Assembly (NCBI RefSeq): GCF_964204645.1
Contig: NC_134033.1
Coordinates: 8,254,655-8,318,654 of the forward strand
Direction: 5' to 3'
From: Tubulanus polymorphus
Lineage: Eukaryota > Animalia > Nemertea
Length of the DNA stretch: 64,000 nt
The notes below the pieces were generated by a model. That model had not been told where the DNA came from, did not search any database, and was given only the letters and a program-made list of their open reading frames with translations. Shown piece after piece: positions 53,701 to 60,930 of this stretch (within the stretch, counting starts at the first letter, position 1; each line of letters opens with the position of its first letter). Position numbers and translations under genes: made by a program.

Positions 53701-56700
53701 CTACCCTAGTCTAAATAGTTGAATTAATCGAAGCCTGGGTTATATTAAATCTAGTCTCATTGTTTTCATACTTCTAATATATACGTACTCTTATGCCTTT
53801 CAGGCCGTGAACTCCGATATCGCCTCGACCACCCAATTCTCCAGCTGGGCCGCGTCTACCCATCTCCCCGGGAATTCCGGGCACACCCTGCGGTCCTTGC
53901 AGCCCAGGAATACCAATATTACCCTAGAAGATAAAGAGAAAATACTTAGAGTTTGTTCATCACGCAAAACCAAATTCCTTTTGTAACTGTCTTTTCTCGG
54001 GAAACTTACTCGCTCCCCCTTGATTCCTTTGCAATCACACCTTGACCCAGCTACACATCCTTTACAAGCCTGAAAATGAAAAAATTCAGAAAAATATAGT
54101 GTTTAGATGTGGACAATTATAGGACCGGATATCTTCTCTTCATTAGGTTAAAAGGATCCAGTCTCCACGGGATTAAGTAATCCAAGTTTCCGAGATCCAG
54201 TTGCCTTTACAAATCAAATGAGTGCCTAATGATACAAGTCAGAGCGTATGTGTAGGTCATAGGACAGTAATTTGACAGCAATGCTATGCCAAATCTAATC
54301 AATTGAGGCAGTTTGAAGTCTGCCAGATGCATGCACCATCTGATGATACTATGTTACATCACTCATGGATACAGTAGCAGTCGATCAGTTGATAGACCAG
54401 GAGTTTGACTCAGAATATATTTTCCCTCCTAAAACTACATATCATACTTCTTTTCTCTGCAATATGGACTCTATGGGCATAGCAATCTTTGGTCAATCTC
54501 ATTTGTGGACGACCCAGTCTCCACAAGCCAGGTCATTCAATTTTCAGAAAATTCCTTGGTAGTCTACGCGGCCATCACATAACACCAAAAATACATGAAG
54601 AATATACATTTTACGTACTTTTCATAACATTTTAAATTTCTCCAACTAAATCCAAGGCCAAAGAATCAGAATTTCTAACAGATATTTCTGACACAGTCTG
54701 TCACGGTGTGGATCCACACAGATAAATAACAAAGTTAAGTTGTGGTCTGCCCTCATGCATGTTCTTAGATTTACCGCAGGAAAGAAACAAATACACAATT
54801 TTTTCCACGAAATTCTTAAAATCTTAAATCGAAATCTTACACATCGGAAGAAATTGGAGGCCAGGAGTTGTTCATATTTCTCAGGATGGCTCAAAGAGGT
54901 GAAGACCTATGTGTAACAGGGGTGGATCTAGGCTTGAGGTCCAGACTCCTGCCTTCCTGCAAGGATGGTTTTTTTTGGTCTAAAACTTGCAAACCTGACT
55001 CATCCCCTCAGAAATTGCATCTTTTCGGATGTATATATCTCTTCAAAAATTTCCAAATACACCGAGGGTGGTATGCCACTCGCAGCCACATCAGGAATTT
55101 ACATTTCCCTAGATTTGCCTCTTATGGTTAACCACAAGCGCGAGGAAAAATCATGGAAACACCCACCACCATCCACCCTATTTACATGTTCAAATTAGAA
55201 AACTATTTTTGCAATGCAGGAAATTACAATTAAATGATAAACAAATTTTAAGGAAACCTTTTTGTCTTGTAAAGGCTGGTTCCAGCATGTGGTCTTACTC
55301 CAGTCGCCTCAATTTAGTTGAAAAAAATCTAGGATTAAGTTTTCTTAATTTTCATTCAAATTCAGCCCTTTTTGAAAAAGTACCTTTAAATATCAAGCCA
55401 CTCCTATCCTAAGGGTCCTATGGAATTTACCACAATATTGTACTTCTGTGTTTAACAGAAATTGCCCATGAAGGACGGTTAGTCAAAAGTTTGGGAAAGG
55501 GGGCAAAGGGCACAGCCCTTTTCTTATTTGCCCACACACAATGGAAAGAAAGAGTGGCTTGGACTGAACTGACATATGAACTTTTGGTGCTGTCAGTTCA
55601 CAAATGGAAGCTAATCGGGCTCGGGAGAGATACAGCGTGTTGGGTACTGCCAGTCCCCCTACGGTGCTCTGAGTTTAGTATCGAGAAACCTTCTGATATC
55701 AGGACAATACTCAGTCTAATCTGGATAATTTGATGCTACTTTCCACAGGGTTATATTTATTCAACAGCACATAGGACTTTTACATCAACATCTACTTAGA
55801 AACTACCAGACTAATGATAGACCAGACTAAATCCAGACTTCAAGACTTACTATGGCCAAAAAATATAAAAATGGAAAATTTGATCTTGTCTCCCGCCCTT
55901 GTAGTTGTTTCCTAATCTCGATGCATTTAATTAGGCAGGCAACCAAAATTAACCTGTATCAGTCGTTTGCCAATTCAGGCTGGATCATGCACGTTTGAAG
56001 CATTTTTAGATTGCCACGGCTATTCGCTAATTGCTGATTTTTGACAAGCGAATTTACTTCAATTTCATAAAAACGTGATATTCAAAGAGAAAACGTCATT
56101 CAGTAAATTATTGCTGCGGCATTCACGCTGCAGTCACTGCACTATTGACACCTCTACGGAGGGGTGATTACTTACATGACCCAGAAAGTTTTTCTCATTA
56201 TGTCAGAATTAATTCCAATTTGTTTCTTAGCAATGGAAATATCTACTACCTGCTGTTCTTGGGAACAATTTTTGGCGAATCTTCTCTAAGATAATAATAT
56301 TGAAGAATAAAATACTTTACAATAGACAAATTTAACGAATTCACTTCGAGGGTATTAAATTCTTAATATGTATAGGCCTATACAGGCAGATAGAATTAAA
56401 TGACTACCTTTTGTCACAGTGTTACAAATATGAGATTGAAAGGACATTATAATGGTTAGAATCATTGGTTAAGTGACCACAGTTTGAATAAGTTTATCTA
56501 GAATTGAATAAATCAATACAATATGACAATAGCAGGTAGTCAAGCGAAATTTAGTGGTTTCACATTCCATCAAAATTAAATTATTTTAATCAAGAAATGC
56601 TTATGTCGGACCTTTCATTGATCTACAGTTGACTTGACACAGAAAGAGGGTTCGACTTCTTATCAATCCATTGATAACGCCTTATGACAGAAGTGCTAAG

Positions 56701-59437
56701 ATAAGAAGATAACTTCATCCATCCTGATAATAGCCGGGTTCACACTAGATTCGGCACTTACGAAGTGCCATACTTCGCTGGTGCCGAATTCACCAAAATA
56801 CGGCGCTTACACAGCCAGTTACGTTCACACTAAGAGTCGGCAATTCGGCACTTAATAAGCCCAGTATAGAAGTCACCCAGGGTGCCAATAGAGGGGAGTG
56901 TAATTAGTGTTTAGTGTTTTGTACTACGCAGATGTAAATACGCGGCTAGCTAAGCGCCGAATCTGCGTTCACACTACAGAAAATATGCGGCCAGCTCAGT
57001 TCCATACTGAGATTGGGATTTAATATGCCGTTTATTTCACAACGGAACTGAATAAGCCGCGAATAGGCCTCGAATAATTTCTTAGTGTGAACGCTTAGTA
57101 CCGTACGGAAATTCTAGTGTGAACGCAGCTAATGTCAATTGTAAGCTTAGATACGGATATAGAAAAATATCCATTGATACACTATAGCCGTGTTCACATG
57201 ACAACTAATTAGACCGGTAAATGGGTTTGAACCTGGTACGGTCCAAATTTTAACCAGACCAAATTTTGGTGAGCATTTACACAGCGTTTTGAAACGCATT
57301 GATAAAATCGCTTGTCACCGGGCCCACAAGATGTTGCCATCTGCTAAATAATTAACTGGGCCTGGAGCAAGCAGAGCAAGACATTCTTCATTAGACCAAT
57401 TTGATCCTGTCAGGTTTAGAAATTTTGGTGAATTCCATTTTATTCTATCACGCTGAAATTCTAAGTGCCGTTTAAACACGATTCAAAACAGAAGTAAATC
57501 GAATTATGATTGCGACATACGAATATTTGTTATGCTCCAAACATTTCCATGGTATAGGGAGGAAAAAACAGTAGGCCTACTAAAAAATAATTGTATAAAC
57601 TGTAATAAAAGCATTTAAAACTTAATAGACTGGACTCACTGCAGAGGTTGCGACATCTACCACAGAGATTCAGAACTGCGATTTAGACCAGACCTGCTGT
57701 TTCTGTCCACACATAGATTAAGACTGAACCTGGTTCGCTCTTTAAAGTCCGCCGCACACGGCATAACATTTGTTTCGCCAAAACAGAAAACATGTTTTTC
57801 AGAAAATGTTTTTCGTAAAACGGTTTGCCAGCAAACGATAAAACGTTCAACGGACACAGAAAACATTTCTCGCGCCATGGAATCCATGGAGACAACAATA
57901 AACTCAGTGATTCACATCAATTTTTGTAATGCCATGTGATGCATTGTTGCTCGCTGATTGGTTATTCAGCCATGGATGTTTTGCAAAACACAAGATATCC
58001 ATCGCACACAGGGTGAAAACGTTTTTTGCAAATCAAGCATTGCTTGTTTCGCGAAAAAAAATTTTTCTGTTCGGCGTTTTGTTTTGACTCCCCTATACAC
58101 GGCATAACAAAAACCATCGAAAATGTGTTTTCGGTGCCGTGTGCGGCACGCTTTAGACCGTGCATAGACCGGTCTAAACTAGACCGGTCTAATTTTTAAT
58201 GGTATTTTTGCCCGTGTGAACGCTTGGTCCATCTGAATTGGACCGGACCAAATTTAGACTGGTCTAAATTATGTAAAAAACAAAATATTCACAGAACATG
58301 TCTATAATATTCATTAATGATTTCGTCTTTAATGTATCGTCTTCTCAGCTTGGAGTGAGAATGACAGATCATTAAATGGTAGGCCTATTCTTCACCAATT
58401 TCACCTGAATTACATATTGTAGTCTTTCTTTCTTTTTTGAACGGTATAGGGCAAATAGTTACAGTACTTCGGTGGTACCCTAACTCAATAAGGTTTTCTC
58501 AAGGTTTCTCAAACTCAAAATTCTTTTTATCATTCTATAATTACAACAGGGTATCTTTGGTAGCCATTTCATTCCACGACTGTTGAATAAATCGATCTTT
58601 AAGGAATAATTTCATATAATTATTTTAAACCATTGACATCTACTGGATCTTGGATCATCCATTCTAATCTAAGCTAACTAGGATTAGGATTAGGATTTCA
58701 TTTACACTCTTCTATGGAACATGGAAGGAGACCTAGGCTATATAAAGTATAGGCCCCCTACAATATTTACAATTAACAGAAAATATAAACTTGAACATAC
58801 TTAATTAAGTATAAAATTGTTATCAACAATATATACCTACATACGGTACACTATTCAAAACAAAGGGCCTCAATTATTGGAGGGATCTACATGCATCTAA
58901 GCCTTTTTTAATGAATTTTGCAAAGTGGATCAGTAGTAGCCTAGGATTTTTTAGAATATCTAGATTGCCAAAAAGAGTTCACATTCAAAATATTTTCACG
59001 GATTTTATTCAGTAAGTTGTAGTCAAAAATAAAATGTAATTTATAACCTTAAAACATACAAGCGGAACATAATCTATCATTTCTAATTAACGAACCTAAA
59101 CAAAAGTATCGTGCGCCATCTATCCATCATCCTGTGAACTGCCACAGAGAAAACAGTGAAATTCATCGGTTTGGCCTTAATACTCGATCGAGCAAATCGC
59201 CTCAATATATTCGCGCCGTATTGAAGAGATATTCACGCAATTATGTTAAGGACAATTCAATCTCAAAATGATGTGTGCAATAAGAAAGGTAACTTTAAAA
59301 TGAAATTCAGATTTAAGAAATCATTTCGGTTTGGTTCTTACCGCCGCATCGGCATATGACACCAGCATCAGCAGTAGTAATCCAAGCGCTAATAAACTGA
59401 TCAAAGTATGTCTCTCTAGAACTTCACGAAACTTCAT
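3992..59437 (-). CDS. COL4A1: Type IV collagen alpha1/alpha5-like chain, 5' part (26 exons, ~1116 codons; continues beyond the left edge)
   Basis: All exons have AG/GT boundaries and compatible phases (total 3349 nt). Signal peptide, 7[21 protein letters not shown] (cf. COL4A5 [20 protein letters not shown]), GCNGTK, Gly-X-Y with interruptions, CGTC interruption. The symbol denotes the alpha1-like class, not strict orthology. Confidence 0.93.
4318..4830. repeat. Degenerate ~44-bp minisatellite
   Basis: Recurring ...GTAGTG...TATAACAGATGTA units. Confidence 0.7.
5071..5229 (-). CDS. COL4A1: exon 25
   Basis: 159 nt, phase 1-1, ttccag/gtaaat. Confidence 0.93.
5318..5534 (+). repeat. 5' LTR (217 bp)
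   Basis: Identical by eye to 11122-11338; contains AATAAA. Confidence 0.96.
5538..5555 (+). other. Primer-binding site complementary to the tRNA-His 3' end
   Basis: TGGTGCCGTGACCAGGAT just after the 5' LTR. Confidence 0.88.
5588..6841 (+). CDS. gag: BEL/Pao gag (DUF1759-type LPTFDG..W..F region plus three Zn knuckles)
   Basis: [19 protein letters not shown]; CAFC..H..C, CFNC..GH..C, C..C.KKHH. Confidence 0.92.
   Translation: MPSKEEIMRNAQIRQMTKLFDQARELLHSESDESLDKLSGVITRIRTKLEVIAGYDSELIANAELGKLEDLVCETDDYMNEINIELSIFIGYLERKKNQIEPTTRMKSEQQKTAKRPIQLPKLSLPTFDGDILKWQTFFDGFFSAVDSDENLTNIQKFQYLSAQLKGDAAKTIENLSLTNENYNQALELLLNRYGTPHKIVAAYMKALWELSPPSDRDNSLRNFYDSLESYIRGLNSLGKSEESYGDLLVPIIMEKLPSGTKQQITRDHGNNAWSLTDLRKSLLKEIEAFEASIESLTIRDDFPTNLPTVGAFAVTAKNRHNFSRENDRKCAFCKKINHVAVDCKTFPDAEKRREIVARDNLCFNCLSSGHKSTKCLSKNRCRVTNCGKKHHTSVHLDAKSTTHVAAKSTDEKADRD
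6842..10859 (+). pseudogene. pol: BEL/Pao pol (aspartic protease, RT, RNase H, integrase), broken by three frameshifts
   Basis: [11 protein letters not shown]; [18 protein letters not shown]; FCDAS, ELMAA, WSDS, NPAD; HHCC, GLDFTG, ISDN, GFYERL. Frameshifts at ~8711, ~9510 and ~10093. Confidence 0.93.
11122..11338 (+). repeat. 3' LTR (217 bp)
   Basis: Identical by eye to the 5' LTR; preceded by a purine tract. Confidence 0.96.
11922..13211. repeat. Local direct duplication X-Y'-X' (X ~310 bp; Y' copies 4743-4956)
   Basis: 11922-12233 ~ 12902-13211; 12233-12899 minus the MITE ~ 4743-4956. Confidence 0.9.
12362..12810. mobile_element. MITE (PIF/Harbinger- or Zator-like), 3-bp TTA TSD
   Basis: GGCCAAATAAAAA TIRs; TTA at 12359-12361 / 12811-12813; empty paralogous site at 4868-4870. 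Confidence 0.9.
14277..14390. mobile_element. Short palindromic MITE
   Basis: CTGGACCCAGTTCCACAGTT / AACTGTGGAACTGGACCCAG; internal AACTCTGAGTT inverted pair. Confidence 0.7.
14555..14644 (-). CDS. COL4A1: exon 24
   Basis: 90 nt, phase 1-1. Confidence 0.93.
14788..14958 (-). CDS. COL4A1: exon 23
   Basis: 171 nt, phase 1-1. Confidence 0.93.
15038..15151 (-). CDS. COL4A1: exon 22
   Basis: 114 nt, phase 1-1. Confidence 0.93.
16224..16731 (+). mobile_element. Second HINE-type family element
   Basis: GGGTTTTCTG / CAGAAAACCC sub-TIRs, 5' hairpin, 3' GCTGC-TTT-GCAGC hairpin then TATATT. Confidence 0.7.
16730..16996. repeat. Templated mosaic duplication
   Basis: 16730-16785 ~ 16279-16334; 16786-16996 ~ 15343-15554. 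Confidence 0.88.
17127..17280 (-). CDS. COL4A1: exon 21
   Basis: 154 nt, phase 0 to 1. Confidence 0.93.
17640..17851 (-). CDS. COL4A1: exon 20
   Basis: 212 nt, phase 1 to 0. Confidence 0.93.
18377..18487 (-). CDS. COL4A1: exon 19
   Basis: 111 nt, phase 1-1. Confidence 0.9.
18948..19665 (-). mobile_element. Degenerate HINE family B copy
   Basis: Same terminus and repeat units. Confidence 0.72.
20363..20371 (-). CDS. candidate 9-nt microexon (GTCAACAAG; one Gly-Gln-Gln triplet)
   Basis: ttttgcttcgcttctttatcgctttag|GTCAACAAG|gtaaga; phase 1-1, preserves the Gly-X-Y register. Confidence 0.65.
20685..22629 (-). mobile_element. Near-complete HINE/DINE-1-like element (family B) with a central ~153-bp tandem array
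   Basis: Minus strand starts TTTTTAGCCCACTTGGGA with an adjacent inverted copy, then a GTCC-like microsatellite, central repeats, a subterminal inverted repeat and a CTAGTT end. Confidence 0.82.
21579..21794 (-). mobile_element. 5'-truncated non-LTR retroelement 3' tail inserted in the HINE array
   Basis: Minus strand ends AATAAATTTGGAATTGAATTGAAT; AACA duplicated at 21575-21578 / 21795-21798; interrupts one 153-bp unit. Confidence 0.65.
23383..25751 (+). pseudogene. P-type transposase pseudogene (intron-containing, frameshifted, internally deleted)
   Basis: [55 protein letters not shown] motifs. Confidence 0.85.
25830..26669 (-). pseudogene. Second, convergent spliced gene remnant of unknown function inside the P-type element
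   Basis: ATG at 26669 ([17 protein letters not shown]...); internal exon 26410-26353 (gtag/gtgagt); acceptor at 26175 followed by a helical-looking frame. Confidence 0.5.
27504..27672 (-). CDS. COL4A1: exon 18
   Basis: 169 nt, phase 0 to 1. Confidence 0.93.
28298..28746. mobile_element. Unclassified MITE with AATTGCCCC subterminal repeats
   Basis: Inverted (ACAATTGCCCCC)-type repeats at both ends. Confidence 0.5.
29528..29719 (-). CDS. COL4A1: exon 17
   Basis: 192 nt, Gly-X-Y. Confidence 0.93.
30300..30397 (-). CDS. COL4A1: exon 16
   Basis: 98 nt, phase 1 to 0. Confidence 0.92.
30791..34532. mobile_element. Composite non-autonomous DNA element with CAGGG(G)CGGAT TIRs and a 5-bp CTATA TSD
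   Basis: CAGGGGCGGATCCAG ... CTGTATCCGCCCTG; CTATA at 30786-30790 / 34533-34537; subterminal TGCCCTTTT repeats at 33900-34370. Confidence 0.72.
30806..31466 (+). mobile_element. Element A copy 2, flanked by TCCAG direct repeats, nested in the left TIR of a larger DNA element
   Basis: TCCAG at 30801-30805 and 31467-31471; GC-rich hairpin ~15 nt from the end. Confidence 0.85.
34856..35041 (-). CDS. COL4A1: exon 15, contains the CGTC interruption
   Basis: 186 nt; CxxC interruption as in alpha1-like chains. Confidence 0.94.
38182..38476. mobile_element. Degenerate MITE
   Basis: AGCCTGACTCCGGTCGC / GCGACCGAGTTGTTAGGCT imperfect inverted ends. Confidence 0.45.
38642..38647 (-). CDS. candidate 6-nt microexon (GGAAAG; adds Gly-Lys in an interruption)
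   Basis: ttcttcttattatccactttag|GGAAAG|gtaagt; phase 1-1, matching the flanking exons. Confidence 0.5.
41121..41321 (-). CDS. COL4A1: exon 14
   Basis: 201 nt, phase 1-1. Confidence 0.93.
43246..44592 (-). mobile_element. HINE family B copy with tandem array
   Basis: AACTAGGGGTCCAGGG..GCCCACTTGGGA end; about six 153-bp units. Confidence 0.82.
45740..46024 (-). mobile_element. HINE family B terminal fragment (related fragment at ~3400-3645)
   Basis: Homology to 22310-22610. Confidence 0.75.
46126..46342 (-). CDS. COL4A1: exon 13
   Basis: 217 nt, phase 0 to 1. Confidence 0.93.
46775..46927 (-). CDS. COL4A1: exon 12
   Basis: 153 nt, Gly-X-Y. Confidence 0.93.
47241..47303 (-). CDS. COL4A1: exon 11
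   Basis: 63 nt, ttctag/gtaagt. Confidence 0.92.
47536..47703 (-). CDS. COL4A1: exon 10
   Basis: 168 nt, Gly-X-Y with interruption. Confidence 0.93.
47741..47791. repeat. (TA)n microsatellite in the 113-nt intron 9
   Basis: ~25 units. Confidence 0.97.
47817..47894 (-). CDS. COL4A1: exon 9
   Basis: 78 nt, GPIGKR...[11 protein letters not shown], tttcag/gtttgt. Confidence 0.88.
48340..48402 (-). CDS. COL4A1: exon 8
   Basis: 63 nt, Gly-X-Y, ttttag/gtcagt. Confidence 0.92.
49149..49938. mobile_element. Foldback/MULE-like palindromic element with a 9-bp TSD
   Basis: ~380-bp inverted arms, 21-nt spacer at 49531-49551; GCACGGAGC at 49140-49148 / 49939-49947. Confidence 0.8.
50813..50896 (-). CDS. 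COL4A1: exon 7
   Basis: 84 nt, [19 protein letters not shown]..., ttttag/gtaaga. Confidence 0.9.
51385..51465 (-). CDS. COL4A1: exon 6
   Basis: 81 nt, GARGEPGLP..., ttccag/gtaaat. Confidence 0.92.
51580..51642 (-). CDS. COL4A1: exon 5 ([21 protein letters not shown]), 7S Cys plus N-glycosylation site
   Basis: 63 nt; GCNGTK is a collagen IV hallmark. Confidence 0.95.
51958..52240. repeat. ~73-bp tandem repeat (about 4 units) related to the B-box MITE arm
   Basis: GGCAGGGGTTTGTAC...CAGGTTYGAATCCCT units. Confidence 0.65.
52800..52844 (-). CDS. COL4A1: exon 4 ([15 protein letters not shown])
   Basis: 45 nt, ttttag/gtaagt. Confidence 0.93.
53789..53923 (-). CDS. COL4A1: exon 3 (GNIGIPGLQ...GLKGIR)
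   Basis: 135 nt, Gly-X-Y, ttctag/gtacgt. Confidence 0.93.
54010..54069 (-). CDS. COL4A1: exon 2, 7S Cys-rich N-terminus [20 protein letters not shown]
   Basis: ttttcag/gtaagt; 60 nt, as in vertebrate COL4A1 exon 2. Confidence 0.95.
56732..57130. mobile_element. Harbinger-like MITE, AAT TSD
   Basis: AGCCGGGTTCACACTAGA / TCTAGTGTGAACGCAGCT; AAT on both sides. Confidence 0.75.
57186..58270. mobile_element. Related MITE with a nested MITE (~57745-58153)
   Basis: AGCCGTGTTCACA left end, GACCGGTC repeats; nested GCCGCACACGGCA / TGCCGTGTGCGGC inverted ends. Confidence 0.6.
59342..59437 (-). CDS. COL4A1: col4a1-like exon 1, signal peptide [32 protein letters not shown]
   Basis: ATG, hydrophobic core, ADA cleavage-like site, GTAAG donor; 96 nt, phase 0. 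Confidence 0.88.
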
Positions 59438-59439
59438 CG

Positions 59440-60578
59440 TTGATTCCGATTAACGTCCGCCAATAATCCGTTATGGTTATCCACTATTTCAGCTCATGCA
59501 GCATCCGTTCGACGCACGTGATCGCAAGAAATTCGACAATTTCGGCCGCTTGTCTTCGACGAGAGATCCTCACTTCAGAGCACCCATGATGGTGCGACTA
59601 CCGAGTCTACTTCGCGTCTACTCGGGGCGGGCGCGTTAACTCCCGCGTCAATCTCAATACAGTGGTGCGCATAACCAATGAGACGCGCGGTATGTCAAAG
59701 AAACCTCGGCTCTGCCGTGCACATATGAAGTGTCATTGGTGACGGAGCCATTTAGGTTTGATTCCAACTACCGGTATTAAACGAAATTTTCAATCGTTGG
59801 AACGTAACATGTAGTAAACAATCATCGGCAAAAGACGATGACAGAATAGAGTTCATCAAGGATACCATGTAGGCCTACCCAAAAATTTATTTTACCTAAT
59901 TGATTTTTACTCGAATATTTTTATTTTAGACATTTTAGAGTTAAGTTATTGTAATTAGGCCCGTATTGTCCTTTAAGACCGAATCTAAGCCTATGTAGGT
60001 GTCGTAGGCCTACATGGCATCTAGACTTCGTGTCATACACTGTAGGCTATATCCACATTCTCAACTCCCCAGACCTGGTCCCTCCGAGTTGTAAAGTATT
60101 GTAACATTCAAATTGAGCATATGAAATCTTTTTTTTCTTGTAAATCTTAAATCAGAGATTTATTATCATACAAGATGCACTGAAAGATTTATTTCAAAAT
60201 CCTAAAAAGTGATAAGATTTTCAATGGGGTAGCCTAGTCACTTATATTTTGCAACACCGTGTACACGATTGGCCGCACCACTTATGTGATTGGTGTGTAG
60301 TAGTCGTAAGCCCCGCCTAGTTGTGTCTGCTAACACGTGCGGCACTGACTTTATCAGCTGTTTGAGCGCCCGTGTTGTACCCGCCAGGCTTTGAGAACGC
60401 ACTGAGTGCTTGAAAGCCGCATTCTCGGCCCCGAAAAACACGCCGCCACCGAAACAGCAAATGACGACGTGTGGAAATTATCGCAATTCGGATTAAATTA
60501 ATAAGAATCACTGGCCAAGGATAAGTACAAAGTTTTGGGATACGAACTCAGCCCGATCTGCTGAGCGAGGAAGAGAAA
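59440..60578. promoter_or_regulatory. Divergent promoter/5'UTR region between the two genes
   Basis: CpG-rich flanks; GGGGCGGG 59624-59631 and CCAAT 59675-59679 on one side; ATTGG 60268 and 60289 and CCCCGCC 60311-60317 on the other. Confidence 0.6.
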
Positions 60579-60679
60579 ATGTGGTCTCGCGACACTACAG
60601 TCGGGATGTTAGCGTCCCATCCTCGATTACCAAACCATATACGAGCGGTTTGCAGTACGTTTAGGACTTCGTTTAAATG
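60579..60679 (+). CDS. COL4A2: divergent gene, first coding exon (MWSRDTTVGMLASHPRLPNHIRAVCSTFRTSFK-W), probably type IV collagen alpha2-like
   Basis: ATG at 60579 (alternative in-frame ATG at 60606), phase-2 GTAAG donor; head-to-head with the alpha1-like gene. Confidence 0.6.
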
Positions 60680-60881
60680 GTAAGACGATGTGAGATAGAG
60701 AAACCGTGTTTAGAATAGGGTTTTACGAGCTGACACGGTACCATTCGCCCGAAAATTAACTTCATTCGCGTGCTTTCGCCGATAGCTTTCTACGGACTAC
60801 GGTGATAAGGCCAAGCCAATTGATTAATGCGTTGCACACATACTCTCTATAAAGAAAAAGTATTTTGACGATTTTTTGCAG

Positions 60882-60930
60882 GTTGCTTTTGTTAACGGTG
60901 ATGTTATTGTTCGTGGATATTACGAACGCG
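60882..60930 (+). CDS. COL4A2: divergent gene, second coding exon (W-LLLLTVMLLFVDITNA), signal-peptide core
   Basis: ttttttgcag/gtaagt. A phase-2 intron near WLLL and a phase-0 intron after the signal-peptide Ala resemble human COL4A2 (RRWLLLGTV...VLA|). No collagenous exon of this gene is visible in the window. Confidence 0.65.
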
